A stretch of 64,000 nt of DNA, from positions 96,001-160,000 of the forward strand of contig CAWHEP010000014.1 in NCBI GenBank assembly GCA_963828525.1. The letters are read 5' to 3'. Within the stretch, counting starts at the first letter, position 1. The number at the start of each line of letters is the position of its first letter. Position numbers and translations under genes: made by a program. Below, piece by piece: positions 20,506 through 31,257 of the stretch. Under the pieces are notes generated by a model. That model had not been told where the DNA came from. It searched no databases and saw only the letters and a program-made list of their open reading frames with translations. This DNA is from an uncultured Verrucomicrobiae bacterium (lineage in GTDB: Bacteria; Verrucomicrobiota; Verrucomicrobiia; Chthoniobacterales; Chthoniobacteraceae).

Positions 20506-21909
20506 GTGCCCAGCCCCCTGAAAGAGGTTCTGACTCTACTGCTGCCGCCCATCCTGACGGCGTCGTGCTTCCTCATCCACCCGCGATGTTTTGGTGAAGG
20601 CGAAAGCGATCCCGATCTCCGCCTGCAATTGCTGCGGGCAAAGGGCGAAGCGGTGGAGAACGCGGAGGCCTGGCACTCGGTGGCCGAACTCAGCCGCAGG
20701 ATCCTGTTTGACGCGCCCCGGGACGCGGGGATCTGGGAGGAATTGGCGCGAGCGCAACTCAAGGTGGGGGACACCGAACGTTGCGAAAGGACTCTCGTTT
20801 CATGGGAAGAATCGGCGCCGCCGCTGCCCGCCGCCGCCAGCGATATAGAGGGCGACATCGCCTTTGCCCGTGACGACTACGCGTCCGCCACGAAAGCATG
20901 GACTCTCTATTTGCAGTCCAAACCCGACGCCACGGCGACTCTCTCCAAACTGGCTTGGGCATATGAAATCCGGGGTGATTGGAAGGATGCAATCTCCACC
21001 CTGCAAAAGAAAATCGCGACAGGCGACTCTGCCGGCTCCCGCGTCTGGCTGGCCCGGTGCTTCCTGCGAATCCGCGCCTGGGATGACGCGTACGCGCAGA
21101 TGGACGCCGCAAACAAGCTCGACGCGTCGGATGAAGCGGTGAAGGCGTGGCTTCCGCGGTTCGAACTTCTCTCCCGGCATCTCCCGGCGATAAAAGCGCT
21201 TCCGACCCCCAGCGGGTCGGCAAGCGTCAAGATGCTTCTTGATCGCGCTTTGCTCTTCGCGGAGGCGAATCAAAACGATCTTTCTCTCGAAGATGACGCA
21301 AAGGCGCTTCACCTGGCACCGGCCTCGCGCCGCGCTCTGTTGCAAAAAGGCTACGCTATCATTGCGATGGGCAGGCCAGACGAGGCGGCCGCGCTGAACA
21401 TGAACGTCATCGCATCCGTCGATGTGGCGACCCGCGAGAGGCTGCTCCGCGAGATTGGCGACATCGACAAGAAGATCGCTTCGAAGCCAGAGAGCGCGGA
21501 TCTGGTGGACCGCGCCTGGCGATGCAATGAACTGCTCCAGTACGCCCTTGCGCTTGATGACACCCGCGACGCTCGCAAGCGCGCGCCAGCCGGGGCCCCG
21601 ACCGCGCGTCTGTTGCTCGAGGAAGGCTTTGCCCTGGAGAAGATGGGACACGGCGGGGACGCGATGAAGATATATTCCGACGCCACGGTGACCGATCCCA
21701 AGAACGCGACCGCCTGGCGCTATCGCGGCGAAGCGGAACTGCGCCGGGCGAACTACGGGCCGGCGATCGATTTCCTCTCACGCTCGCTTGCCATCCGCGA
21801 AGCCGCGCCTGTCCTGCTTGAACGAGCCAAATGCTACCGCGCGACAGGCCGGCGCGCGGAAGCGAAATGGGATTTTAACCGCTATCAGGATCTGCTGCCG
21901 AAGCGATGA
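20506..21909 (+). CDS. Tetratricopeptide-repeat protein
   Basis: Multiple TPR-like helices (e.g. DPKNATAWRYRGEAELRRANYGPAIDFLSRSL); coupled to the A2M gene by an ATGA overlap. Confidence 0.8.
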   Translation: MPSPLKEVLTLLLPPILTASCFLIHPRCFGEGESDPDLRLQLLRAKGEAVENAEAWHSVAELSRRILFDAPRDAGIWEELARAQLKVGDTERCERTLVSWEESAPPLPAAASDIEGDIAFARDDYASATKAWTLYLQSKPDATATLSKLAWAYEIRGDWKDAISTLQKKIATGDSAGSRVWLARCFLRIRAWDDAYAQMDAANKLDASDEAVKAWLPRFELLSRHLPAIKALPTPSGSASVKMLLDRALLFAEANQNDLSLEDDAKALHLAPASRRALLQKGYAIIAMGRPDEAAALNMNVIASVDVATRERLLREIGDIDKKIASKPESADLVDRAWRCNELLQYALALDDTRDARKRAPAGAPTARLLLEEGFALEKMGHGGDAMKIYSDATVTDPKNATAWRYRGEAELRRANYGPAIDFLSRSLAIREAAPVLLERAKCYRATGRRAEAKWDFNRYQDLLPKR

Positions 21910-24900
21910 GATTCCTGCCGATTGTCGCATTCCTCGCAGGCTTCTCGATCTCTGCCGCTTCGGCTTCCAGTGTTGACGCAGGCGGCATTGTTTTGGAGCC
22001 CGCCCCGGGCAGGCTGGAGGTCTCTCAAGCCATTACAATCACGTTCCCTTCGGCCATCGTCGCGCCGGACGTTATTGACTCCGAAAACGCCCCGCCTCCT
22101 TTCCTGATCGAGCCTCACCTTCCAGGAACGTACCGTTGGAAAAGCCAGACGGAGTGCGTCTTTACAGTCGGCGATTCTGTGCGGCCCGGCGCCACGTACC
22201 GCTTCTCGCTTCCTCCAAACCTGAAGGATCTTTCTGGCAAGGCGCTGGACGCGAATTGGGGCGCGGAATTCACGACGGATCCGTTCAAAATCTCAGCGCC
22301 CGATGGTGGCGCCGGCTCGAATCTAAACTCGCGCCCGCAGGTACATCTTGAGTCGAACTACAAAGTCAGCTTTGCGGAGGCCGCTCAGCACATATACTTC
22401 CAGGATCGAGACATCTTCACGCGCTACGCGGTGGACGTCTTGAAACCGCGCGGAGATGAAGATCCGGAGATCAACGGAACGGAATTCTCTGTGACTCCCC
22501 GGCAGGAGCTTCCTCCCGGCCGTGCTTTTGATCTGGTAATCGACGGCCTGCTCGACCTTGCGACTCGCTGTCCCCTTTCGCATCTCGAAGCCTTTGCAGT
22601 GGGAACCACCCAGCCTCTCGCTCTCAAGTGGGTGGGCGCTTTCAACAACCCGTTGGAGACTCCCGTCATCCGCGCGTGCTTCAACGACAGCATTGAAGCC
22701 TCAACTGTCTTGGCGTCGAGCTTTAGCATCACGCCCGAGGTGCCTCACCTCAAGATCGTCGCCTCCGGGGATCAGATTACCGCTGAAGGGGATTTTGACA
22801 TTGCCCAACATTACAAGGTCACGGTGGATACAGGCATCAAAGGCGAGAGAGGATACAGCTTCCCTCAGCCGGAGAGATGGGGAGCGACCTTCCCTAAAAA
22901 GAAGTCCACCGTTATTTTCCCAGGTTCCGAGCAGATACTCCAGCGTTCAAAGCGGGGCCTCAAGTTCGCCTTCTATCAAGTGAATACGGATTTGCTGGAG
23001 TGGAGCATCGCGCCAATCCCGGTGGAACAACTGGCCGCGGTCGAGGCGCGCATCCGTGAGTTCGACACGCCGGAGGTGAATCCTCTCACCGGGAAGTCGG
23101 TCCACGATCCGAGGACGGGCTTCGATAAATTGAAGCAGACCGAGCTGCTCATGAAGGCGTTCGATTTGAAGGCCGCTGCCACCGGCAGGTTCGCAGGCTC
23201 GACAAATGACGGTCAGGTTTTGCGGAATCTCGAATGGTACCCAACCGATCTGCAGCCGCTCAGCGGTCCTTATTTGATCGAAGTTTATGGATATGGGTCC
23301 GACGGCCATTTCGTCGGCAATCACGCGATCGTGTCCTTTAGCGACGCGATGATGACTCAAAAGCGGAGCGCCACGCGCATGACCGTGCGGCTGTCGAAGA
23401 TGTCCGATGGCCTGCCTCTGGCCGGAAGCGCTGTGCGGGTATTCACGCCGGAGAACTTCGATCTGGCCGAAAGTGTCACAGACAAGGACGGAATCGCTTC
23501 CTTCGCGCTGGAGCGTCTGTTCCCGAAGAAGGGGTCGCAGGCTCACCTGTATGTGGCTGAAACCCCAGATGGACCCGCCTTCCAATTTTTGGACGCCACG
23601 GCCTATGCGTCGGGTCATCCAGATCCCGCCGCGGACGCGCCCGCGTTGCGTTCCTTTGTCCTTTTGGATCGGAATCTCTATCGACCCGGCCAGACTGTAA
23701 AGATGCATGGCTTTGTCCGGCGGCAGGCAGGCGCGCGGCTTTATGTCCCTACCACGGATGCCATCCAGTGGTGGATTTCACCAGAAGGCGGCGACAGCCA
23801 CGCTGCGGAGGGGTCGGCTCCGCTTGTAGATGGGGCTTGGGATGCCGATTGGGTGCTCCCTCCCAAGGCGGCATTGGGGGAATATGTCATCCACTGCAAG
23901 GCGCAGGATCTCGCTGCCGAGGAACCCCTGCATTTCAAAGTAGAGGAATATCGCGTTCCGCTCTTCTCAGTCACCGCCGAGCCGCTGAAGGAGCCTGGAA
24001 CATGGTCCCGCGTAAAAATTTCCTCAGCGTATTTCCATGGGGCTCCGAACGCGGGAGCCAGGGTTCATTGGAAGGCATCCTGGAGAATCCTCGGGGTGCA
24101 GACGGAGAGTGGCGCTCGCCGGGACGACGAGTTCTCCGAAAGGAGCCCGCATTCCGCTGACGCGGAGTCCTCCAATGAGGGCGACGCGGTGTTGGACTCA
24201 AACGGCGCCGCGATCCTCCGCTCCGCCGCGCCTTTTTCGGACGCTGCGGCATCCGGGCGCTTTGATGTGTCCTGGCGGGTGGACATCACCTCGGAAGAAG
24301 GCCAGACGGTTACTGGCGGAACTCAGGTGACCGTGCAGTCCGTATCTGAGCTTCCGGGTGTCAAGTGCTCCGTCCAATACCCGGAACGCGCCGTGAAGGT
24401 GACGCTGGACGCGGTCGATGTCGATGACCAGCCTCCAGGAGACATCGTCGCGCGGAAGGATATCTATGATGTCCTTTCCAAGGAGGCGCCAAGCCCCGTC
24501 AACTCCTCACCCGGCGTGGAGAAAAGACCCGGCCAAGGCCAGTCGGGTGCAAAGGATATTTCGGTGAAGGTTGACCTCTATCACGTCGTATTCAAGACCG
24601 TGCGAGAGCAGATGGCGCCGTTCGTCTATCGCTACCGTAATACAAAGCAGTTCGAAAAGGTCGGTTCACGGACGGAGCGCACTCCGGGTGAGGTCATTTT
24701 TCCGGTCAAAGACACGGGCGATTACGTCGCGACAGTCACCGGAAACGAGACCAGGACGCCCATCGTGAGCGATGAGACATTCGTCTCCGGCGAGGAATAC
24801 GCGGAGCTTCCCGTTGAGAACCAGGACTCGTTTGCGCTGACTCCCTTGGACAAGAAGCCGTTCTACAGGCCGGGTGACATCGCCGTCTTCTCGGTTCGCG

Positions 24901-27542
24901 CGCCTTTTGCCGGCGTTGCATGGGTCTCCATCGAGGCCGGCGAAATACTGGATACCTTGCTCGTCCGCCTGGATGGGAATTCCGGGCGCGTCGAGATTCC
25001 CATAAAGAGGGATTACGCCCCCAATGCGTGGGTGTCGGTCTATCTCGTAAGACCCGGCGGCGACAGGGACTTGCCCATGGAGCGGTTTGCGACAGTGCCA
25101 ATCAAGGTGAAACCGCCGGAGTTGGAGTTGGCCCTGGAGTCCCGCCTGTCAGCGGAGAGCATCGAACCTGGAGGCATTGTTCAAGGTGAGGTGAGCGTCA
25201 CCTGCGAGGAGAAGCCTGTTGCCGGCGCGGATCTCACGGTTTTCGCGGTGGATGATGCTGTGCTCAAACTCGGGGATTGGCAGCTCCCCGATATCGTTTC
25301 GTTGTTCTATCCCGAGCGGGCGTTTGGGGTGCGCACCTTCAACGCTCTCGACCATTACGTGGATTCCATCAAGCGGGACGACCTTACCGAAAAAGGATTT
25401 GTCATTGGCGATGGGGGGGAAGAGCAGTTCGGCAACGTCAGCCTGGTTCGCAAAGAGTTCCAGACTCTGGCGTTCTGGAAATCTGGATTAAAATCCGACG
25501 CGTCGGGCAAGGCGCGGTTCGAGTTCAAGGCGCCCGATAACCTGACCAGCTACCGCGTTGTGGCCGTCGCGGAAACGGCAGACAGCCAGTTTGGAGGAAC
25601 GGCGGCGCGGGAAGTAAAAGTTTCCAAACGGCTGATCGTGGAGCCTGCATTGCCGCGGTTCGCCCGGCAGGGGGACGATTTTGAACTGCGGGCTGTTGTC
25701 CGGCAAAGCTACAACGACTCGGATGAGATCGTAGTCCGTTGCGTAACGGATGCCGGCTTCGAAATTCTCCCGGAAAACGGGCCGCCGGAAGCAACACAGT
25801 CGGCGGGACGCGGTGTTCCCGTGGTGTTTCGGTTCCCGGTCAAGGCGGGTGTCCCCGGTTCCGGGAAGGTGCGTTTTGAAGCCGTCTCGCGCATCGATTC
25901 GGGCATGGTGGACAGCGTGGAGATCACGCTCCCCATCCAGCCCGCCACCGCGCCGCAGCGGGAGAACATGGCAGGCCGGTTCGATGGCCCTTCATTCGAC
26001 TCACGTACTACCGTGCTCGACGCGTTGAAACAGCCACTTTCCTTTCTGATGCTTGGCGGCTGGCTGGGCGCTCGCGGACATTATGATGTCACTCTTTCTA
26101 CGGCTCAGTGGCTGCCGAAGATTCTGGGGCTCCCGCTGATTCTTGATTATCCTCATGGCTGTTTCGACCAGATTTCCAGCCGGCTGTTAAGCTATTCGCT
26201 GCTTACGCGGCAACTCGCCTATTTTCCCCTGCCGAACGGACGTGACGCCCGCTACAGGCAAGTCATCGCCGAAGGATTGAAGCAATGCGACGATTCCCTG
26301 CTGCCCAGCGGGATGCTTCCCTATTGGCCCGGCGAACAGAACGTAAGTGTCTTTTGCACCATTGAAGCGTGCTGGGCGTTGGATGCTGCCGCGAAGGCCG
26401 GGATCGAGGTTCCGGCAAGACTTGAGGAAGCTCTTCCCGCCGCGTTGCGCAAAGTTGCCCTCGCGCAGTATAAGTCTTCTCCGTTCCTGCGCGCGTTTGC
26501 GCTGATGGTTCTATCGGAACGGGGAGCCAGTCGCGACCTTGTTGAAGCGGCAAGGGCCGTTTATCTCGATCGCGCGAGGATGAACGATGAAGGCCGCGCG
26601 CTGCTCGCTCTCGCGCTGCACGGCATGCAAGCCCTGCAGGATGAGAAACTGCAACTGCTCAGGGAAATCCGATGGCCCGTGCCTGAAGCGGCCTTCGATC
26701 CCGACATCCTCGGTTCCACCCAACGGGCAGAGGCGATCGAAACGCTGGCTTTCAACAGGATTGCTCCTCCTGAATGGGAAGGCGCGAGGCAAGCCGCGGC
26801 AAAGCAGGGGATCCTGGCGCTTATGGATTCCTCGTCCTCGCTCTCGACTCAGGAGAACCTTTGGCTGCTTCTCGCGTTCGCCTCGTTCCAGGATGTTGCC
26901 CCCTGTCCCAGACTGCGGGCGGACGAGAACGATTTGCGGCGGGCCGCTGTGTCTTCAAACGGAGCGTCCGCTGCATGGACCAACATCCCTCTTCCTTCGG
27001 CATCCGAATTTACGGTCGCCGGGCTGAATGGCGATAAGCCGATGAGTTACCTGATCTCGGCAGAATACTGGAACGATAATGTGGACACAGCCCGTTTTGA
27101 TCGGGGGTTCGCCATCGAAAGGGTTATCCACAACCTTACGGCGCCGGGCCGGACAGGGTCCAACGAATCGCCGTTGCGGCTGGGGGATCAGATATTGGTT
27201 ACGTACCGTCTTCACTCACGAAAGGCCCAGGACTTTGTCGCGCTGGAGGACCTGACTCCCGCCTGTCTGGAAACCATCAATCCAGACCTTCCCGCTGTCG
27301 GCAAGTTTTTCGAACTCCCCACTGATGAACAGGCGCTGAATCTTTCCCACTCCGATCTGCGAGACCAATCCACCTGTCTCTACTTCGACCATCTGTCCGG
27401 CGGCGCAGGTTCTTATTCCGTGCTGGCCCGCGCTACCGCCGCGGGAAGCTTCCAATGGCCCGCGACCCAGATCGCGCCCATGTACGACGCTCGTTTTTCC
27501 GGCGCGTCTCCCTCATCGCGGTTAATTGTCACGGGGGACTAA
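21906..27542 (+). CDS. Bacterial alpha-2-macroglobulin family protein
   Basis: DRNLYRPGQTV, FKVEEYRVP, AVDDAVL, APDNLTSYRV, LPRFARQGD, thioester-region YPHGCFDQ, PMYD. Confidence 0.93.
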   Translation: MRFLPIVAFLAGFSISAASASSVDAGGIVLEPAPGRLEVSQAITITFPSAIVAPDVIDSENAPPPFLIEPHLPGTYRWKSQTECVFTVGDSVRPGATYRFSLPPNLKDLSGKALDANWGAEFTTDPFKISAPDGGAGSNLNSRPQVHLESNYKVSFAEAAQHIYFQDRDIFTRYAVDVLKPRGDEDPEINGTEFSVTPRQELPPGRAFDLVIDGLLDLATRCPLSHLEAFAVGTTQPLALKWVGAFNNPLETPVIRACFNDSIEASTVLASSFSITPEVPHLKIVASGDQITAEGDFDIAQHYKVTVDTGIKGERGYSFPQPERWGATFPKKKSTVIFPGSEQILQRSKRGLKFAFYQVNTDLLEWSIAPIPVEQLAAVEARIREFDTPEVNPLTGKSVHDPRTGFDKLKQTELLMKAFDLKAAATGRFAGSTNDGQVLRNLEWYPTDLQPLSGPYLIEVYGYGSDGHFVGNHAIVSFSDAMMTQKRSATRMTVRLSKMSDGLPLAGSAVRVFTPENFDLAESVTDKDGIASFALERLFPKKGSQAHLYVAETPDGPAFQFLDATAYASGHPDPAADAPALRSFVLLDRNLYRPGQTVKMHGFVRRQAGARLYVPTTDAIQWWISPEGGDSHAAEGSAPLVDGAWDADWVLPPKAALGEYVIHCKAQDLAAEEPLHFKVEEYRVPLFSVTAEPLKEPGTWSRVKISSAYFHGAPNAGARVHWKASWRILGVQTESGARRDDEFSERSPHSADAESSNEGDAVLDSNGAAILRSAAPFSDAAASGRFDVSWRVDITSEEGQTVTGGTQVTVQSVSELPGVKCSVQYPERAVKVTLDAVDVDDQPPGDIVARKDIYDVLSKEAPSPVNSSPGVEKRPGQGQSGAKDISVKVDLYHVVFKTVREQMAPFVYRYRNTKQFEKVGSRTERTPGEVIFPVKDTGDYVATVTGNETRTPIVSDETFVSGEEYAELPVENQDSFALTPLDKKPFYRPGDIAVFSVRAPFAGVAWVSIEAGEILDTLLVRLDGNSGRVEIPIKRDYAPNAWVSVYLVRPGGDRDLPMERFATVPIKVKPPELELALESRLSAESIEPGGIVQGEVSVTCEEKPVAGADLTVFAVDDAVLKLGDWQLPDIVSLFYPERAFGVRTFNALDHYVDSIKRDDLTEKGFVIGDGGEEQFGNVSLVRKEFQTLAFWKSGLKSDASGKARFEFKAPDNLTSYRVVAVAETADSQFGGTAAREVKVSKRLIVEPALPRFARQGDDFELRAVVRQSYNDSDEIVVRCVTDAGFEILPENGPPEATQSAGRGVPVVFRFPVKAGVPGSGKVRFEAVSRIDSGMVDSVEITLPIQPATAPQRENMAGRFDGPSFDSRTTVLDALKQPLSFLMLGGWLGARGHYDVTLSTAQWLPKILGLPLILDYPHGCFDQISSRLLSYSLLTRQLAYFPLPNGRDARYRQVIAEGLKQCDDSLLPSGMLPYWPGEQNVSVFCTIEACWALDAAAKAGIEVPARLEEALPAALRKVALAQYKSSPFLRAFALMVLSERGASRDLVEAARAVYLDRARMNDEGRALLALALHGMQALQDEKLQLLREIRWPVPEAAFDPDILGSTQRAEAIETLAFNRIAPPEWEGARQAAAKQGILALMDSSSSLSTQENLWLLLAFASFQDVAPCPRLRADENDLRRAAVSSNGASAAWTNIPLPSASEFTVAGLNGDKPMSYLISAEYWNDNVDTARFDRGFAIERVIHNLTAPGRTGSNESPLRLGDQILVTYRLHSRKAQDFVALEDLTPACLETINPDLPAVGKFFELPTDEQALNLSHSDLRDQSTCLYFDHLSGGAGSYSVLARATAAGSFQWPATQIAPMYDARFSGASPSSRLIVTGD

Positions 27543-27546
27543 GGGG

Positions 27547-29769
27547 ATGAATCTGTCGAGACGCCTGGTTATCGCGCTTCTCAAACTCGTTGTCGTTTTC
27601 CTACTTCTTGGGCTTTGCGTTTGGGGACTTGCGCTCGCGCTTCCCATTCCTCACTCATTGAGCGAACCGCCGCCCGCCACGCTCACCCTTCTGGATTGCC
27701 ACGGTCTCACAATCGCGCAGTTCTCCTCGGGCAACGCCCGGGTAAGTGATCCCATTCCTCTCGCGCGGATGGGGACTTTGTTACCACGGCTCACCGTCGC
27801 CCTTGAGGATCATCGCTTTGCCTCGCATTGCGGGATTGATTTTCGGGGCGCGGCCTCCGCGCTCCTCGGCGACTTGCGGTCGGGAAGGATCGTAGCGGGC
27901 GGATCGACGATAACCCAGCAGCTTGTCAAGATGGCGGAAGGCCGGTCGGAAAGATCATGGTCTGCCAAAATTCGCGAATCTCTGCTGGCGCTGAAATTGG
28001 AACACGTCTTCAGCAAGAATCACATTCTGGAGGAGTACCTGAATCGCGCGGACTACGGGAACAGGCGTCTTGGGGTCGAGGCAGCGGCGCAAGCCTACTT
28101 CGGCAAGCCGGCGAGCGAGCTTGACCTCGCCGAAGCCATATACCTGGCCGGCTTGCCTCAATCGCCTTCCCGCTTCAATCCATGGCGATCCCCGGGCCGC
28201 GCTTTTCGCAGGTACCAGCGCTCGCTCGCGCGCCTGGAAGCTTTGCGGATCCTTACGGCGGAGGAGAGGCAGGGATTGGCCGCTTCTCCACCCGTCGTTG
28301 CGAGGTTCGAACCGGTAAACCTGGCGCCTCACTTCGCGGACGCGGCGCGGGCGGCCTGGCCCGCGCTTTCGGGTCGCGCCCGCACCACTCTTGATCTGGA
28401 ACTTCAAGCCGCGGTGACCGTCATGCTGCGAGATCATCTCCGATCGCTCGGACGCTTCGATGTGACGGACGCCGCAGTCGTTGTGATCGATAACGCAACA
28501 GGAGGCGTCCGCGCCATGGTTGGTTCTCCGAACTACGCTGCGATACAGGTGAACGGAGCGCTTTCTCCACGAAGCTGCGGTTCCACGTTGAAACCCTTCA
28601 TCTATCTTGCCGCCATCGACCGCAGGATTCTTACAGCCGCGACGATCCTGCCGGACACGCCCGAGGCCATTCCGGATACTTACCGGGATTACGACCCCAA
28701 AGACTACGATCATCATTTTCTGGGACCGGTGCGCGCGCGGGAGGCACTGGGTAATTCGCTCAATGTGCCAGCGGTCGCCGCTCTGTCCATGCTCGGAGCG
28801 CGGCGGGCATTCGACGATCTCGCGGGTTGGGGATTCGAATTCTCGCGCGGGCTGGATGAGTACGGCGCGGGCTTCATCCTCGGCAACGCGGAGGTTCGTC
28901 TGGTTGATCTGGCGGGGGCCTACTCGGGTCTTGCGCGCGGCGGACTCGCCATGCGACCCACGTTCCTGGCTGCAACACACAATCCCATGAAGCGGGTTGC
29001 CTCGCCTGAAGCCGTTGAAATCATTGACGACATTCTCTGCGATGATGCGGCGCGCGAGAAGACATTTGGCCCAAACTCACCGCTGTCGCTTGGTTTCCGC
29101 GTTGCGGTGAAGACCGGCACAAGCAGTGGTTTTCGCGATGGGTGGGCTGTGGGGTGCAACCGCGACCATACGGTTGCTGTGTGGGCTGGAAACCCCGATG
29201 GCAGGCCAATGAATGAACTCCTTTCTGTGCGCTCTGCGGCGCCCCTTTGGGCTTCAGTCATGCGCCGTCTCATGGTTGCTGATCGCCCGCTTCCCTTGCC
29301 GCGAGAGAGCGATCGACTAGTACGGCAGGACGTTTCAAGCGTCACGGGGATGCGGCCCTTAGGGAACGAACGCGCCGTTTCCGAGCTATTTCTTCAAGGC
29401 ACTGCCCCTGTCCAGTTTGCAGGCGCGTCTGTGAACCGAAGGCTGACCCTGCCTCCGGAGTATGAGCAATGGTGCCGCAGCCCCGCAAATTGGCTGGGAG
29501 CGGTCGCGAGCGCGGGCCCTCTGTCGATCCGCAGTCCGAAACCCGAAGCGGTGTTCAAGATCGACGCAGCTATTCCTGCCTCTCAGCAGATGCTTGAGTT
29601 TGTTGCCGACGGCGATCCGGCCACGCCAGTGCGGTGGTCGGTGAATGGACGCGGCATCGCGCCCGGGCGGGATGGCAAAGTCCTTTGGCAGATCGCCGCC
29701 GGTCGCTGGCACGTCAAAGCGGTTGCCGGCAGCGAGGAAGTGTCTTCAACGATCAGCGTTGAGGAGTGA
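27547..29769 (+). CDS. pbpC: Penicillin-binding protein 1C (transglycosylase/transpeptidase)
   Basis: EDHRF, GGSTITQQL, STLK, SLN, KTGT motifs and C-terminal BiPBP-like domain; directly downstream of A2M. Confidence 0.88.
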   Translation: MNLSRRLVIALLKLVVVFLLLGLCVWGLALALPIPHSLSEPPPATLTLLDCHGLTIAQFSSGNARVSDPIPLARMGTLLPRLTVALEDHRFASHCGIDFRGAASALLGDLRSGRIVAGGSTITQQLVKMAEGRSERSWSAKIRESLLALKLEHVFSKNHILEEYLNRADYGNRRLGVEAAAQAYFGKPASELDLAEAIYLAGLPQSPSRFNPWRSPGRAFRRYQRSLARLEALRILTAEERQGLAASPPVVARFEPVNLAPHFADAARAAWPALSGRARTTLDLELQAAVTVMLRDHLRSLGRFDVTDAAVVVIDNATGGVRAMVGSPNYAAIQVNGALSPRSCGSTLKPFIYLAAIDRRILTAATILPDTPEAIPDTYRDYDPKDYDHHFLGPVRAREALGNSLNVPAVAALSMLGARRAFDDLAGWGFEFSRGLDEYGAGFILGNAEVRLVDLAGAYSGLARGGLAMRPTFLAATHNPMKRVASPEAVEIIDDILCDDAAREKTFGPNSPLSLGFRVAVKTGTSSGFRDGWAVGCNRDHTVAVWAGNPDGRPMNELLSVRSAAPLWASVMRRLMVADRPLPLPRESDRLVRQDVSSVTGMRPLGNERAVSELFLQGTAPVQFAGASVNRRLTLPPEYEQWCRSPANWLGAVASAGPLSIRSPKPEAVFKIDAAIPASQQMLEFVADGDPATPVRWSVNGRGIAPGRDGKVLWQIAAGRWHVKAVAGSEEVSSTISVEE

Positions 29770-30160
29770 TCAAGCTGCCACTACCGCAGGCAACGCGGCC
29801 TGTCTGCAAAGTTTCACCGCGACGAATTCCGTGTCTGGGATGATGTACCTTGCGTACCTCGACAGTCACTTTTGAAATGGGGAAACGCTGCAGCACCTCT
29901 GCTGCCAGATCTTCCGCCAGCGTTTCAATCAGGTTTCGCTGACACGCTTTCGCTTCCGCCTTGAGGGCATCGCATACCGCCGCGTAGTCTACTGTATTCT
30001 CAAGCCGGTCAGCAATCGCCGCGAATCCCGTTCCGAGTCCCAAGGCGACTGAAACGGTCAGATGCTGGGGTTCCGCTCGCTCTTCCTCGGTCACCCCCAC
30101 TCGGGCGAGGACGGCCAGATTTTGGATGATGATGCTATCGCCATGGATATCCGCGCTCAT
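29770..30160 (-). CDS. folB: Dihydroneopterin aldolase (extra G near 29849 shifts the C-terminus)
   Basis: GVTEEER..PQ, TVDYA, NLIETLAE; removing one G gives VRKYIIPDTEFVAVKL..* with the stop at 29770-29772, abutting pbpC. Confidence 0.85.
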
Positions 30161-30163
30161 AAT

Positions 30164-30526
30164 TCAACCTCCTACGCTAAATCGCACGTCACGGACCATC
30201 TTGCTTCCAAATCTTTCCTTTAGAAGCGTTAACACCTGGCGCTTCCAATGGCGATCCAATTCGAAGTGCACCGAGGGCTGAAGAACTTGAACATAGAGGA
30301 CGCCATCGCGCAGGCGGCTTGGAGAGGAGTGGCTCGCAAGGAAGTCTCCCACCAACTCTTTCCACACGCCGAGGATCTGCGCCTGGTGCAGCCGATCCTG
30401 GAGACCCAGCCGCGCCATTACTTCCTCCATGGCGTCGACGATCGCTTTCCCGCGCTCCGGTGGTACGCTTTTTTCGGGAAGGCCGCGCCATTCGCTGTAA
30501 ACTTTGTTACGCAACCGGCTTTCCAT
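30164..30526 (-). CDS. DUF721/DciA-family protein
   Basis: WKELVG..LASHS.P.RLRDGVLYV.V and VRDVRF pattern. Confidence 0.75.
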   Translation of the reverse strand: MESRLRNKVYSEWRGLPEKSVPPERGKAIVDAMEEVMARLGLQDRLHQAQILGVWKELVGDFLASHSSPSRLRDGVLYVQVLQPSVHFELDRHWKRQVLTLLKERFGSKMVRDVRFSVGG

Positions 30527-30566
30527 GATCCGCTCAGTCCTTATTGGACCTGCAAGGAATTCCCGC

Positions 30567-30800
30567 CTACGCTCCGTCTGAACCAATCGCCTCTACAGGA
30601 CAGCCTTCCATGGCTTCCTTGCAAAGGTTCTCCTCGTCACTCGATTCAGGCTGCTTGAAGACATAGGAGTGCCCTCCGTCATCGTTACGTGTGAAGTTGG
30701 CGGGAGCAGTCTCGCGGCACAGATCGCAATCGATGCATTGATCGTCAACGTAGAATTTTCCTTCGATATTCTCCGGATATTTATTTACTGCGTCTGCCAT
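30567..30800 (-). CDS. Ferredoxin (single Fe-S cluster)
   Basis: CIDCDLC...CPVEAIG. Confidence 0.9.
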   Translation of the reverse strand: MADAVNKYPENIEGKFYVDDQCIDCDLCRETAPANFTRNDDGGHSYVFKQPESSDEENLCKEAMEGCPVEAIGSDGA

Positions 30801-30969
30801 AATCGGTGTTTTTGCCTGAATTCGCCCCAAAATAGGGGCTGACCTCTGTAATGCAATTGTTTTTTTCTGCTTCACCGCGCGGGCACGACTACGGATCAGC
30901 AGTGCCCGGCCAGCAAGCCGGAAGCCGCCGAAGCGGGCCGTTGCGAACCCCTCTTCGCGCGGTCGCGGC

Positions 30970-31182
30970 CTACTTCGGAGTAGGGCTGGCTACGCTGGAG
31001 TCATCATCATCGTGGTGGTGATGGTGATAAGGGCATTCGCCCTTGCCGCATTTACCGTCGTCACACTTTCCCGCATCCCCAGCAGGCGTGGGAGATGGCT
31101 GAGGATCGGCGGCATACAGTCCAGCGGACAGGGCCATCAATAGAGCGGCGGCGATGGAGAGGGGGGCGAGCTTGGTTTTCAT
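30970..31182 (-). CDS. Small secreted Cys/His/Asp-rich protein
   Basis: Sec signal (..AGLYA) followed by GKCDDGKCGKGECPYHHHHHDDDD. Confidence 0.7.
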   Translation of the reverse strand: MKTKLAPLSIAAALLMALSAGLYAADPQPSPTPAGDAGKCDDGKCGKGECPYHHHHHDDDDSSVASPTPK

Positions 31183-31257
31183 GATGACTGCCTATATACA
31201 CCATCCTGGGGAAGAAATCTCGCAAAACGGCCCGGACTTTTTCAGAGACCAGCTCCG

